Positions 23,950 to 35,325 of a stretch of DNA of 64,000 bases are shown here, piece by piece. A program made the position numbers and the translations under genes. Numbering within the stretch: position 1 is the stretch's first letter; each line of letters starts with the position of its first letter. Origin of the DNA: an uncultured delta proteobacterium (GTDB lineage Bacteria; Myxococcota; Myxococcia; SLRQ01); assembly GCA_963727485.1 (NCBI GenBank), contig CAVSGM010000002.1:768001-832000 (forward strand), in the 5' to 3' direction. A model generated the notes under the pieces. That model saw only the letters and a list, made by a program, of their open reading frames with translations, made no database searches and was not told where the DNA came from.

Positions 23950-25208
23950 TGGCAGGCCGTGGGGATGGAGGCGTGGCACTTCTCGCAGCTGCGCGGGTTG
24001 CGCATCGCCGCCGCCTTGCACACCGAGGTGAACCCCGGGGGGTGCGGGGTGAACGAGAGGCCGCTCATCTGGGCGGTGGCGTGGCACTTGAGGCAGGTCT
24101 CCTCCCGGTGGCAGGAGGCGCAGGCCATGATGTTCCGCCGCGCGGCCCAGGCGTGGAAGTTGGGGCTGCTCTGGTGGGCGAGATTGATCCAGCCCTGGGG
24201 ATGGAAGCGCAGGTTCTGGCACTGGCCCGAGGGGGCGTAGGCGCAGTCGGGGGCGTGGAAGGTCGGGTTCTGGGTGGGGTCGCCGCCCCGGACCACGCCG
24301 GTGGGCGCATCGACGCCGATCCCCAAACGCTCATGGCAGGTGACGCAGAACGACTGGCGCCGATGGCAGCCGTTGCAGGAGAGGCTGTCCTGGCGCGCCG
24401 CCACCGGGTGGGTGCTGATCCAGTCCGCCGGGTGGATGTCGAAGGGCTTGAGGGTCCCGTCGTGGCAGTCGGTGCAGAACTTCTTGGTGTGGCAGTCGTC
24501 GCAGATCTTCGCCTGGAGGCGCCCGGCGAGGCTGTGGTTGCGCCGCCACCCGGCGCCGTGGTCCATGTGGAGCACGTCGTCGCCGGGCTCGAGGGTGCCG
24601 GTGGGGAACGAGGTCTGCAGCCGTCCGTCGGGCCCGGTGAGGTGGCAGGTGTCGCACCGCCGCGAGGCGTGGACGTCGTCGTGGCAGGTGAAGCAGGTGG
24701 CCATGGTGGGCAGCTGCTGGCGGGTGGCCTTGGCGACCTTGAACAGCTTCCCGTGGCAGGCGGCGCACTTGATCCCGCGCTTCAGGTGCTGCTGATGGCT
24801 GAACTTGAGGTTCGCGGTGGGGAAGACCGCCGGCCGCACCGGGGCCACCTGCGCGGGGTGCCAGCCGAGGTGGCAGAGGCTGCAGTCGTTCTGCGGCTTG
24901 GCGGTGGACCCGGGCTTCGGCGGCGACACCGCGTGGCAGTCGACGCACCGCGGGTGGGTGGGGATGAGGTGGTCCGCCGGGGAGGTGCTCTGGTCGGCCT
25001 TGTGGCAGTCGTCGCAGGAGAGGATCCCCGTGGCCAGGTGCTCCTTGTGGGTGAAGGCGAAGTCGATGTCCTGGGGCGGGTAGATCGCCTGCGACCGCGG
25101 CCCGGTCGCCGAGGGGTGGGTCGTCGGGAGCGGCTTCCCGTCGGCCCGGGCGACGGAGGCGGCGAGGGCCACCGCGAGGACGGTCACGGCGAGGGCGAGG
25201 CGGCGCAT
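23946..25208 (-). CDS. Periplasmic multiheme c-type cytochrome, 13 CxxCH motifs
   Basis: Sec signal ending ARA-D; 13 CxxCH motifs counted in 420 aa. Confidence 0.93.
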   Translation of the reverse strand: MRRLALAVTVLAVALAASVARADGKPLPTTHPSATGPRSQAIYPPQDIDFAFTHKEHLATGILSCDDCHKADQSTSPADHLIPTHPRCVDCHAVSPPKPGSTAKPQNDCSLCHLGWHPAQVAPVRPAVFPTANLKFSHQQHLKRGIKCAACHGKLFKVAKATRQQLPTMATCFTCHDDVHASRRCDTCHLTGPDGRLQTSFPTGTLEPGDDVLHMDHGAGWRRNHSLAGRLQAKICDDCHTKKFCTDCHDGTLKPFDIHPADWISTHPVAARQDSLSCNGCHRRQSFCVTCHERLGIGVDAPTGVVRGGDPTQNPTFHAPDCAYAPSGQCQNLRFHPQGWINLAHQSSPNFHAWAARRNIMACASCHREETCLKCHATAQMSGLSFTPHPPGFTSVCKAAAMRNPRSCEKCHASIPTACQ

Positions 25209-26579
25209 CAGAAGCCCACTCCCAGGTTGACCACCAGGTAGACCCGGAAGTCGTTGGCGAGGAGCTTGCTGGCGTCGTCCTCGAGGTAGAGGTGCACCCG
25301 GGCCTGCCGGTCGAAGGCGTAGTGGACCCCGGCCCGGACCCCGACGGTGGCCGTGGCCTGGTTTGGGAGCAGCGGGTCGGCGGCGTAGCCCCCGGCGAGG
25401 CCCAGGCTCCCGGAGACCGGGCCGTAGAGGGTGCGCTGGGCGTCGCCCTGCACCCAGGCCTGGGTGCCGCCGTAGCCCCCGAGGTAGGAGAGGTGGAGGG
25501 CGTAGCGGTGCCCCGGGGCCGGGAGCCAGCTGGCGTCGACGGAGCCCCCGGCGGCGAGGCTCTGGGTCTTCATCACCACGTCGGTGTAGCGCCGCACCCG
25601 GGCCCGGAGCTGGAGCGAGAAGCGCGCCACCGGGTGCCAGCGCCCGAAGAGATCGCCCTCTTCCAGCGGTCCGGTGGCGAAGCTGTTCCAGATGGAGTCG
25701 GCGTCGAAGGTGGGCACCGCCCGCAGATAGTCGACGCCGGCGACCCAGCGCCCGGGGAGCTCGGTGTCCACCCGCGCCTGGACGTAGGAGACCCGGCTCA
25801 TGAACAGGTCGTACTCGGCGTTGCCGCTCACCTCGACGCCGAAGCGCCGCCAGGCGACGCTCGCCGCGGCCCGCTCCAGGTCCACCGCCCCGGCGCTCAC
25901 CGCCCGCTGGTAGCCGAGGGTGGCGACGATGCCGGCCACCGGCGTGGTGCCCACCTCGGCGCCCCAGATGACGCTCGGCGCCGACTGGTAGCCCGCCAGG
26001 GGATAGGGCCAGCTCGGGCCCACCCGCTGGGCCAGGGCCGCGTCCGAGGAGCGCACCCCGTCGGGCTCGAAGGTGGGCGAGCCGAGGAACGATCCCGCCT
26101 TGACCATCAGCCCCCCGAAGGCCTCGAAGCGCAAAGGGCCCAGGGTGTAGTCGGCGTCGGCGCCGTCGACGTAGCGGAAGTCGAAGAGCCCCATCCGCAG
26201 CATCCGGCCCACGGTGAGGGTGAGGTGGCGCTCCAGGGTGCGCCACCGGAGGTTGCCCACCAGGAGCTCCACCGTGTCGCGGTTGACCCCGTCGAGGGCC
26301 TCGGGCTCGCCTGGGCGCCAGCCGAGGTCCGTGCCCACCCGGAGGCTCAGGTTGAGATTCGAGGTCGGCGCTCCCGGCGATGTCGTTGCCGTAGAGCGAG
26401 AGGTCCTCGTAGAGGCGCTGGCGGGGGAGCAGCAGCGCGTCGGAGAAGGCGTTGCGCCAGGCGCGCAGCGCGTAGGCCTGCCCCTCGGTCTGGCTACGGA
26501 CGACGAAGGTGCCGGCGAGGGCCGGGGTGGCCACCAGCGCGGCGGCCGCCAGCGCGACGATGCGGGTCGGGGTGCGCGT
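25208..26579 (-). CDS. Putative outer-membrane beta-barrel, about 456 aa (frameshift near 26365; start codon non-standard or uncertain)
   Basis: Signal-like RIVALAAAALVATPALA; amphipathic strands; C-terminal YLVVNLGVGF; TGATG-coupled to the cytochrome gene. Confidence 0.75.
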
Positions 26580-26687
26580 CTCTCCTCCAGGGTCGTGCGG
26601 TCGGACCTGCAGCCGCGAGCGGGGCCGCCGATGATAGCCGCAGAGGGCGTGGTCGCAAATGGCGAACCTGCTATCCTCGCCTTACTC

Positions 26688-27422
26688 ATGGGACGCTTCT
26701 TCACTCGCGAGGCGGGCATCCTCATCCTCGTCGGGGGTGTGGTCATCTCCGCCCTCGGCGTGGCCGACCATCTCCCCTGGCCGCTGCTCGCCGCCGTGGT
26801 CTTCGCCTGGGTGCTGGTCGCCGCCGTCCTCTCCATCGGGCTGACCCACTGGCTGGTGCCGGTGTATCTGCGCTTCGGGTTCATCGACCGGGCCATCGAG
26901 CTGTGCCTCCTGGCCCGCGACAGCGCCCCCAACCGCAAGATGCGCGACCAGGCCTCGGTGGACGTGGCCATGATCCACGCCACCACCGGGCGCTTCGCCG
27001 ACGCCCTGCGCAACCTCGAGCGGGTCAACGCCTTCGCCATGGGCACCCTCCCGCGGGCGCTGGTGGAGGCGAACCGCGCCTGGTGCCGGGCCCACCTGAA
27101 CCAGGACCTGGAGAAGGCCCTGGAGGAGGCCCACGGCGCCCGGGAGGCGGTCCCCGACGAGGGCATCTTCGCCTACATCGAGGGCCTGGTGCTCCACCGC
27201 CTCGGCCGGGACGCCGAGGCCCTCGAGGCCATCGAGGCGAGCCTGGTGTCCGAGCCCGATCCCCGCCTGCCCCAGCCCGGGGAGCGCGCCCTGGTGCTCT
27301 CCGAGGTCCGCCAGGCCCTCGGCGACACCGCCGGCGCCCGGGCCGCCCTCGACGACGCCGTCCGCCAGGGGACGCAGGGCCCGTTCCGCGAGGCCATCGA
27401 CCAGGCGCGGGTCAGCCCGTGA
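26688..27422 (+). CDS. Membrane protein with TPR repeats
   Basis: Two N-terminal TM helices; TPR-like helices (GLVLHRLGRDAEALEAI). Confidence 0.75.
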   Translation: MGRFFTREAGILILVGGVVISALGVADHLPWPLLAAVVFAWVLVAAVLSIGLTHWLVPVYLRFGFIDRAIELCLLARDSAPNRKMRDQASVDVAMIHATTGRFADALRNLERVNAFAMGTLPRALVEANRAWCRAHLNQDLEKALEEAHGAREAVPDEGIFAYIEGLVLHRLGRDAEALEAIEASLVSEPDPRLPQPGERALVLSEVRQALGDTAGARAALDDAVRQGTQGPFREAIDQARVSP

Positions 27423-28704
27423 GCGGGTTGCGGCGCTGGATGGTCTGGTCGCGCTGGGCGCCGACGCTCACCAGGACCACCTCGACCCCCACCTCGTCCT
27501 CGATTCGCTTCACGTAGGCGCGCGCCGCCTCGGGGAGGTCGGCGAACGCCCGGCACGCGTCCAGGGGCTCGGTCCACCCGGGGACGGTCTCGTAGACCGG
27601 CTCCAGGGCCTCGAGGATCGCCCGGTCGGTGGGGATGTCGTCGAGGCGCGCGCCGCGGTAGGTGTAGTGGGTGCACACCTTCAGCTCCGCGAAGCCGGTG
27701 AGGACATCGAGCTTGGTGAGCGCCAGGCCGGTGAGGCCGTTGACCCGCGCCGCGTAGCGCAGGGCCGGCAGGTCGAGCCACCCGCAGCGCCTCGGCCGGC
27801 CGGTGGTGGCCCCGTACTCGGAGCCCGCCTCCCGGAGCCGGTCGCCCACCTCGCCTGAGAGCTCGGTGGGGAACGGGCCGGCGCCCACCCGGGTGGTGTA
27901 GGCCTTGCTGATGCCGATGATCTCGTGGAGCGCCGTGGGCCCGATGCCGGTGCCGGTGGCGGCGCCGGCGGCGACGCAGCTGGAGCTGGTGACGAAGGGA
28001 TAGGTCCCCTGGTCGAGGTCGAGGAGCGTCCCCTGGGCCCCCTCGAAGAGGATGGCGTCCCCGGCGCGGCTGCGCTGGAAGAGGAAGAGCGACACGTCGT
28101 CGACCAGGGGCGCCAGGCGCTCGGCGGCCCGGGCGTAGGGCTCGACCACCTCGTCGACGGTGAAGGGGTGGCCCCCGAGGCCCTGGAGGTGATCGTTGAC
28201 CTCGTCGAGGCGGCCCTCGACCCGGGCGCGGAACCGGTGGGGGTCGACCAGCTCCTCGACCCGGATGCCCTGGCGCGCGGCCTTGTCCTCGTAGGTGGGC
28301 CCGATGCCCCGGCCGGTGGTGCCGATGGCGGCCTTGCCGCGCCGGCGCTCCCGAAGGTGATCGAGGCGCTTGTGCCAGGGCATGATCACGTGGGCGGCGC
28401 CGGAGAGGCGCAGGCGCCCGGGGCCCACGGTGATGCCCTTGACCTCGAGGAGGTCGAGCTCCTCGACGAGCGCCAGGGGATCGACCACCACCCCGTTGCC
28501 GATGGCGGTGACCGCGCCGGGGTGGAGCACGCCGGAGGGGATGAGGTGGAGGATGGTCTGCTCGCCGGCGACCACCACCGTGTGCCCGGCGTTGTTGCCC
28601 CCCTGGAAGCGGACGACCACGTCGGCGTCGGCGCTGTAGAGGTCGACGACCTTGCCCTTCCCCTCGTCGCCCCACTGGGCCCCGACGATGACCACGTTCG
28701 GCAT
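27412..28704 (-). CDS. purA: Adenylosuccinate synthetase
   Basis: QWGDEGKGK, GGNNAGHT, GIGPTY, TTGRPRRCGW, TKLD. Confidence 0.98.
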   Translation of the reverse strand: MPNVVIVGAQWGDEGKGKVVDLYSADADVVVRFQGGNNAGHTVVVAGEQTILHLIPSGVLHPGAVTAIGNGVVVDPLALVEELDLLEVKGITVGPGRLRLSGAAHVIMPWHKRLDHLRERRRGKAAIGTTGRGIGPTYEDKAARQGIRVEELVDPHRFRARVEGRLDEVNDHLQGLGGHPFTVDEVVEPYARAAERLAPLVDDVSLFLFQRSRAGDAILFEGAQGTLLDLDQGTYPFVTSSSCVAAGAATGTGIGPTALHEIIGISKAYTTRVGAGPFPTELSGEVGDRLREAGSEYGATTGRPRRCGWLDLPALRYAARVNGLTGLALTKLDVLTGFAELKVCTHYTYRGARLDDIPTDRAILEALEPVYETVPGWTEPLDACRAFADLPEAARAYVKRIEDEVGVEVVLVSVGAQRDQTIQRRNPLTG

Positions 28705-28786
28705 TTGGACTCCTCGGCTCCCGGCCCGACGGGCCAGGGTGTAGCACGGCCACGGCGGATCGGTAAACGCGGGAAGGTGGGGAGGC

Positions 28787-28815
28787 TTGACGATCGGCCC
28801 GGGGGCTCGTAATCA
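28787..28815 (+). promoter_or_regulatory. Putative sigma70-type promoter of the beta-barrel gene
   Basis: TTGACG-N17-TAATCA. Confidence 0.5.
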
Positions 28816-28872
28816 CCCGGCTGAACGTGCGTGGCCCCGCCCTGGCGCGGGCGATCGCCCAAGGAGGGGAAC

Positions 28873-29616
28873 ATGTCCAACCTTCGTCGCTACGTCGTCG
28901 CTCTCGGTCTCGTCTCCGCCCTCGCGGTGCCCGGTCTCGCCCGGGCCCAGTTCGTGCCCCCGGCCGACGACAGCGCCCCACCCCCGCCGCCCCCCTCGGC
29001 CTCGACGCCGCCGGCGAGCACCCAGATGCACGCCCACACGGCCGGGCCCGCCAAGGACAACCGCCCCACGGGCATGTCCGTGGGCATCGGCGCCGGCTGG
29101 ACCTTCCCCGCCCAGGTGCTCTCCCCGAGCACGGTGAGCGTGCGGATCCGGTTCAACGACTCCCTGGCCCTCGAGCCCACCCTCGCCCTCTCCTTCGGGA
29201 GCGGGGCCACCGAGAACGTCGCCCCCAACGTCGACACCGTCGACCGCCTCGCCGACTACGAGGTGGGCCTGGGGGTGAACCTGCGCTACGTCCTCGCCCG
29301 GGCGGGCAACCTCGACTTCCAGGGGCTCGCGGGCATCGGCTTCGACAACCAGGGGCACCAGACCGACCCCAACGGGCCCAACAACCTCACCCGCGAGGTC
29401 GACACCACCCTGGGGCTGAACTACGGCATCGCCATCGAGTGGTACTTCGCCCGGCACCTCTCGTTCTCCGCCGACGCCATGAACCCCATCGTCTCCTACT
29501 CCGTGAAGTCCCAGGTGGCGCCGGGGCCGCCGCAGGTCTCGAGCACCACCTCGAGCTTCTCCCTGGGCCTGGTGTGGTCGCCGACGGTGCGGCTGCTCTT
29601 CCACGTGTACTTCTAG
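28873..29616 (+). CDS. Outer-membrane beta-barrel protein
   Basis: SD AGGAGG; signal peptide ending ARA-Q; GLNYGIAIEWYF; C-terminal FHVYF. Confidence 0.82.
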   Translation: MSNLRRYVVALGLVSALAVPGLARAQFVPPADDSAPPPPPPSASTPPASTQMHAHTAGPAKDNRPTGMSVGIGAGWTFPAQVLSPSTVSVRIRFNDSLALEPTLALSFGSGATENVAPNVDTVDRLADYEVGLGVNLRYVLARAGNLDFQGLAGIGFDNQGHQTDPNGPNNLTREVDTTLGLNYGIAIEWYFARHLSFSADAMNPIVSYSVKSQVAPGPPQVSSTTSSFSLGLVWSPTVRLLFHVYF

Positions 29617-30872
29617 GCGGGAAGCGGCGACGCCAGGCTCGCGAGGTCGCCCTCGCGCCTGGCGCCGTCGGCGACCCGCACGCGGACGAAGCGTCCCGGG
29701 CCCACGGCGAGCACCACCTCGGCGTGGCCGGTCTCCCGGGCCCAGGCCAGCGCCTCGGCCTCGTCGCGGCCGTCGTCGAGGAGGACCACCGGGCGGCCTG
29801 GGGCCCGGAGCCTGTCGGCCACCCCCAGGGCCTCGGCGTCCCCGAGCGCCCCGGGCACCAGCACCACCCCGGCGGCCGCCTGGGCGCCGTCGCCCAGGGC
29901 CTCCAGCAGGAAGGGGATGTCGATGGCGACGCCCACCGCCGGCGCCGGGCGGCCGTAGCGCCCGAGGAGATTGTCGTAGCGGCCCCCGGCGGCGATCTCC
30001 GAGCCGGCCCCGGCGGCGAAGGCGTGGACGGTGAGCCCGGTGTAGTAGGCGAAGCCCCGGCTCTCGCCGAGGTCGACGGTGATCCGCGCCGGGAGGTCGA
30101 GGGCCGAGAGGGTCTCGAGGACCGCGTCGACCTCGGCCAGGGCCACCTCCCCCACCCCGGCCTTCCGGGCCAGGCGCCGGGCGCGGTCGAGGGTGCCCTG
30201 GCCGTAGAGGGTGGCGAGGTGTGGGAGGGCGCGGCGGGCCCGGGCGGCGTCGCCCCGGGCCTTGGGGAGCGAGGCCACCAGGACCTCGAGGGACGGCGCG
30301 TCCTTGTGGGCCAGGTGGGTGCGCGCCGCGAGGGCCGCGTCGTCGGGGAGCTCGGCGGCGGCGAGGAAGGCGTGGAGGAAGCCGGCGTGCCCCAGGTCGA
30401 GGACCGGGTCGGCGACCCCGGCGGCGTGGAGGGCCCGGGCGGCCAGGGCGACGATCTCCGCGTCGGCGAGGGTCCCGGCGGCGCCGAGGCACTCGACCCC
30501 GGCCTGGTAGATCTCCCGGGTGCGGCCGGCGCGGGCCTCGCGGCCCCGCATCACCGACCCGGCGTAGCTCACCCGCACCGGCGGCGGCAGGCTCGCCAGG
30601 GAGGCCGCCCACATCCTCGCCACCTGGGCGGTGTGGTCGGGGCACAGCGCCACGACCTCGCCGGAGCCGGGCTCCACGCAGCGGAAGAGCCGGTCCCGTG
30701 CCGCCGGGTCGAGGCCGCGGCCGACCACCGCCGCCTTCTCCAAAGTGGGGACGACGACGCGCCGATAGCCGTGGGCGGCGAAGACCTCCCCGAGGCGCGC
30801 CGTCACCGCCAGGAGGCGGGCGGCGGCGTCGGGGAGGTAGTCGCGGACACCGCTGGGGAGGCCCAGGTCCAT
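29613..30872 (-). CDS. hisZ: ATP phosphoribosyltransferase regulatory subunit
   Basis: LPSGVRDYLP, PDHTAQVAR, REIYQAGVE, YYTG, GGRYDNL; located between serA and purA. Confidence 0.92.
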   Translation of the reverse strand: MDLGLPSGVRDYLPDAAARLLAVTARLGEVFAAHGYRRVVVPTLEKAAVVGRGLDPAARDRLFRCVEPGSGEVVALCPDHTAQVARMWAASLASLPPPVRVSYAGSVMRGREARAGRTREIYQAGVECLGAAGTLADAEIVALAARALHAAGVADPVLDLGHAGFLHAFLAAAELPDDAALAARTHLAHKDAPSLEVLVASLPKARGDAARARRALPHLATLYGQGTLDRARRLARKAGVGEVALAEVDAVLETLSALDLPARITVDLGESRGFAYYTGLTVHAFAAGAGSEIAAGGRYDNLLGRYGRPAPAVGVAIDIPFLLEALGDGAQAAAGVVLVPGALGDAEALGVADRLRAPGRPVVLLDDGRDEAEALAWARETGHAEVVLAVGPGRFVRVRVADGARREGDLASLASPLPA

Positions 30873-30883
30873 GCGCCCCCGGA

Positions 30884-32469
<1,586 letters not shown>

Positions 32470-32473
<4 letters not shown>

Positions 32474-33612
32474 GACTTCATCTCCTCGAGAGCGGCGGCC
32501 ACGCCGGCGCCGGCGGGGGCCTGGTAGCCGAGGTCGCCGAGGGCGGCCTCGATGGCGGTGAGCGCCACGATGATGTCCATCTCGTCGAAGTAGCCGAGGT
32601 GGGCGATGCGGAAGATCTTGCCCTTGGCCTCGTTCTGGCCGCCGACCATGGTCACCGCGTAGTGATCCCGGAGCTGGGCCACCAGCTTGCCGGTGTCGAT
32701 CCCCTCGGGGCCCAGCACGGTGGTGACCGAGGGCGCCGGCGAGTCGGAGTAGAGCTTCAGGCCCATCCCCTGGGCGCCGGCCCGGGCCATCCGCGCCATC
32801 CGGTCGTGGCGGGCGAACATGCCCTCGAGGCCCTCCTCGCGCATCATGGCGAGGCTCTCCTTGAGACCCATGAGCAGGGAGACCGCCGGGGTGAAGGCGG
32901 TGGTGTTCTTCTGGTGGCCCTCGAGCTCCTTCTTCCAGTTGAAGTAGTAGCGGGGGAGCGTGCTCGACTCGGCGAGCTTCCAGGCCTTCTCGCTCACCGC
33001 GGCGGCGGCGAGGCCCGGGGGCAGCATCAGGGCCTTCTGGGAGCCGGTGAGCAGGATGTCGATGCCGTCGCGATCGAGGGCGAGATCGAAGACGCCCACG
33101 GCGGTGATCCCGTCGACCACCAGGATGGCGTCGGTGCCCTTGGTGAGCCGGGCGAGCTCCTTGACCGGGTGGCGGACGCCGGTGCTGGTCTCGCTGGCCT
33201 GGACGTAGACGCCCTTGGCGTCCGGGTGCTCCTTGAGGGCCGCGGCGACGCGATCGACCTCCACCGCCTTGCCCCACTCGACCTCGAGGCGGACGGCCTC
33301 GACGCCGTAGGCCTTGGCGATGAGGCCCCAGCGCTCGCCGAACTTCCCGCCGTCGACGTAGATGATCTTGTCGCCGGGGGAGAGGAAGTTGGTGATCGCC
33401 CCCTCCATGGCCCCGGTGCCCGACGCGGAGAAGGTGAGGACCTCCTGCTCGGTCTGGAAGAGCCACTTGAGGCCGCTGCGGACGTCCTGGAAGAGCGCCT
33501 GGAAGTCCTTGGAGCGGTGGTGGAGGATCGGCTGGGCCATGGCCAGGGCGACGCGTTCGGGGACGGGCGTCGGGCCGGGGGTGAGCAGGCGGACCTTCTT
33601 GCCGGGGAGCAT
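32470..33612 (-). CDS. Class V PLP aminotransferase (alanine-glyoxylate / serine-pyruvate family)
   Basis: LLTPGPT, SGTGAME, ETSTG, GSQKALMLPPG. Confidence 0.93.
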
Positions 33613-33806
33613 GGAGACCTCCGTGGTGCCGGGCTTGCGGGTGTCGAGCGAGAGGAATGACGCGGTGCATCGAGATAGCGCCGCACCTCGGCGGCGTCAA
33701 TGCACCCCGAGCCTAGGCAGGCCGGGGTGCTTGACAACCGCCCGGATCACGGGGCGAAACTGGGTGAAACATCTGGCTTCCCTGTCGTCCCCCCTTGGAG
33801 GTTCCT

Positions 33807-35316
33807 GTGCGCGCGCGCCTCGCCGCTCCCCTGCTCGTCCTGCTCCTCGCCGCCTGTGGTGGCAAGACCGGTCCCACCCAGACCCAGGTCGTCCCCTCCA
33901 CGCCCAAGGGCACGGTGTGGGGCCAGGTCTTCGACGCCGCGACCCAGGCGCCCCTCGCGGGGGTCTCCGTCAGCGTCGCCGCCGGGAGCGCGGCGATGAC
34001 CGCCAAGACCGACAAGGCCGGGAACTTCACGGTCACCGGCGTCCCTGCCGGCGGCACCGTCGGCGTCACCCTGGCCATGACCGGCTACGTGGGCGCGACC
34101 GTCCCGGTGAACGTCCCGGCGAGCGCCGGCAACTTCCCGGTGGACAACGCCGGGGGCTACGTCGGGCCCATCGGCCTCTTCCCCTCCACCGGTGTGATCC
34201 ACGCGCAGGTGATCGGCTACGACGGCAGCCTCATCGACGGCGCCTCGGTCACCGCCAGCGTCGGGGCCGCCTACTACCAGAGCTACAGCGGCGGGCTCCG
34301 GGGCCTGGCCAGCGCCAGCGGCCAGACCGCCTCCGGCGCCGTGGACCTCACCGGCCTCCCGGACATGGCCGCCCTCGCCCAGTACGGCAGCATCGGGGTG
34401 ACCGTCTCGGTGGGCGCGGTGGACACCAACGGCGACGGCATCCCCGAGTACCTGGGCAACGCCATCGTCCTCAACCCGGCGACCGCGGTGAAGGATGGTG
34501 GCCGGGTCACCATCACCCTGCCCCCGCCGGGCAGCTCCAGCCCCCTGGCGCCCCTGGCGAGCAACGTCGGCTCGATCTTCCACAACGGCATCCCGCGCTA
34601 CAAGGACTCGGTGGTCGCGGCCGCCGACCCCGTCCGGATCATCTTCAACCAGCCGGTCGACCCGGCCACCCTGACCGCGACCCTGGTCGACGACACCGAC
34701 ACCTCGGTACCGACGGCGATCTCGGTGAAGCAGGGCAACGTGGTGGAGATCGCCCCCAAGACCTCCCTGACCCCCGGCGGCGCCTACTGGTTCACCATGC
34801 AGGGCCAGGCGGCGGGCACCGGCGCCAACGGGTACCGCGCCGGGCTTCAGGGATGGTCTCTACGTCCCCGCGGGCAACACCGCGCCGTCGGTGGCCAGCG
34901 TGGTGTTCACCGACGAGAACAGCAACACCTTCCTCGACGCCGGGGACCTGATCTCGGTCGTCTTCGACCGGGCGGTGGGGTCGGACCAGGGGCAGCCCGC
35001 GGGCATCTACCTCTACCTGAACGCCGACCTCGACGGCTCGGGGACCGTCGGCGACGCCCCCTACGAGGCGGGCAGCGACCAGCCCATCGTCCTCACCCCG
35101 GTGGCGCCGCCCGTCGGGTACTTCCCGGGCCTGGTCCGGACCTGGCGCGCCTACCTCCCGGGCGTGACCCCGGTGGCGGGCGCCACCCCCTACCAGTTCG
35201 GGCCCAACACCAACGTCGCCTACGTCATCGACTTCCCCGGCTCCCCGGGGGTCAACGACGCGCAGGGCCAGCCCCAGCAGGCGGACGAGGGGCAGTTCAC
35301 CGTGACCTTCAAGTAG
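33807..35316 (+). CDS. Lipoprotein with carboxypeptidase-regulatory-like and Ig-like domains (frameshift near 34843)
   Basis: SD GGAGG, GTG start, lipobox LAAC; GTVWGQVFDAAT..PLAGV; FNQPVDPAT; one extra G joins it to the 34891-35316 frame. Confidence 0.75.
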
Positions 35317-35325
35317 GCCGCGGGT

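Noticed and set aside
23946..26534. 862-aa ORF suggesting a barrel-cytochrome fusion
   Set aside because: Only the first roughly 55 codons belong to the barrel; the barrel has its own stop at 25208-25210 and the cytochrome its own signal peptide
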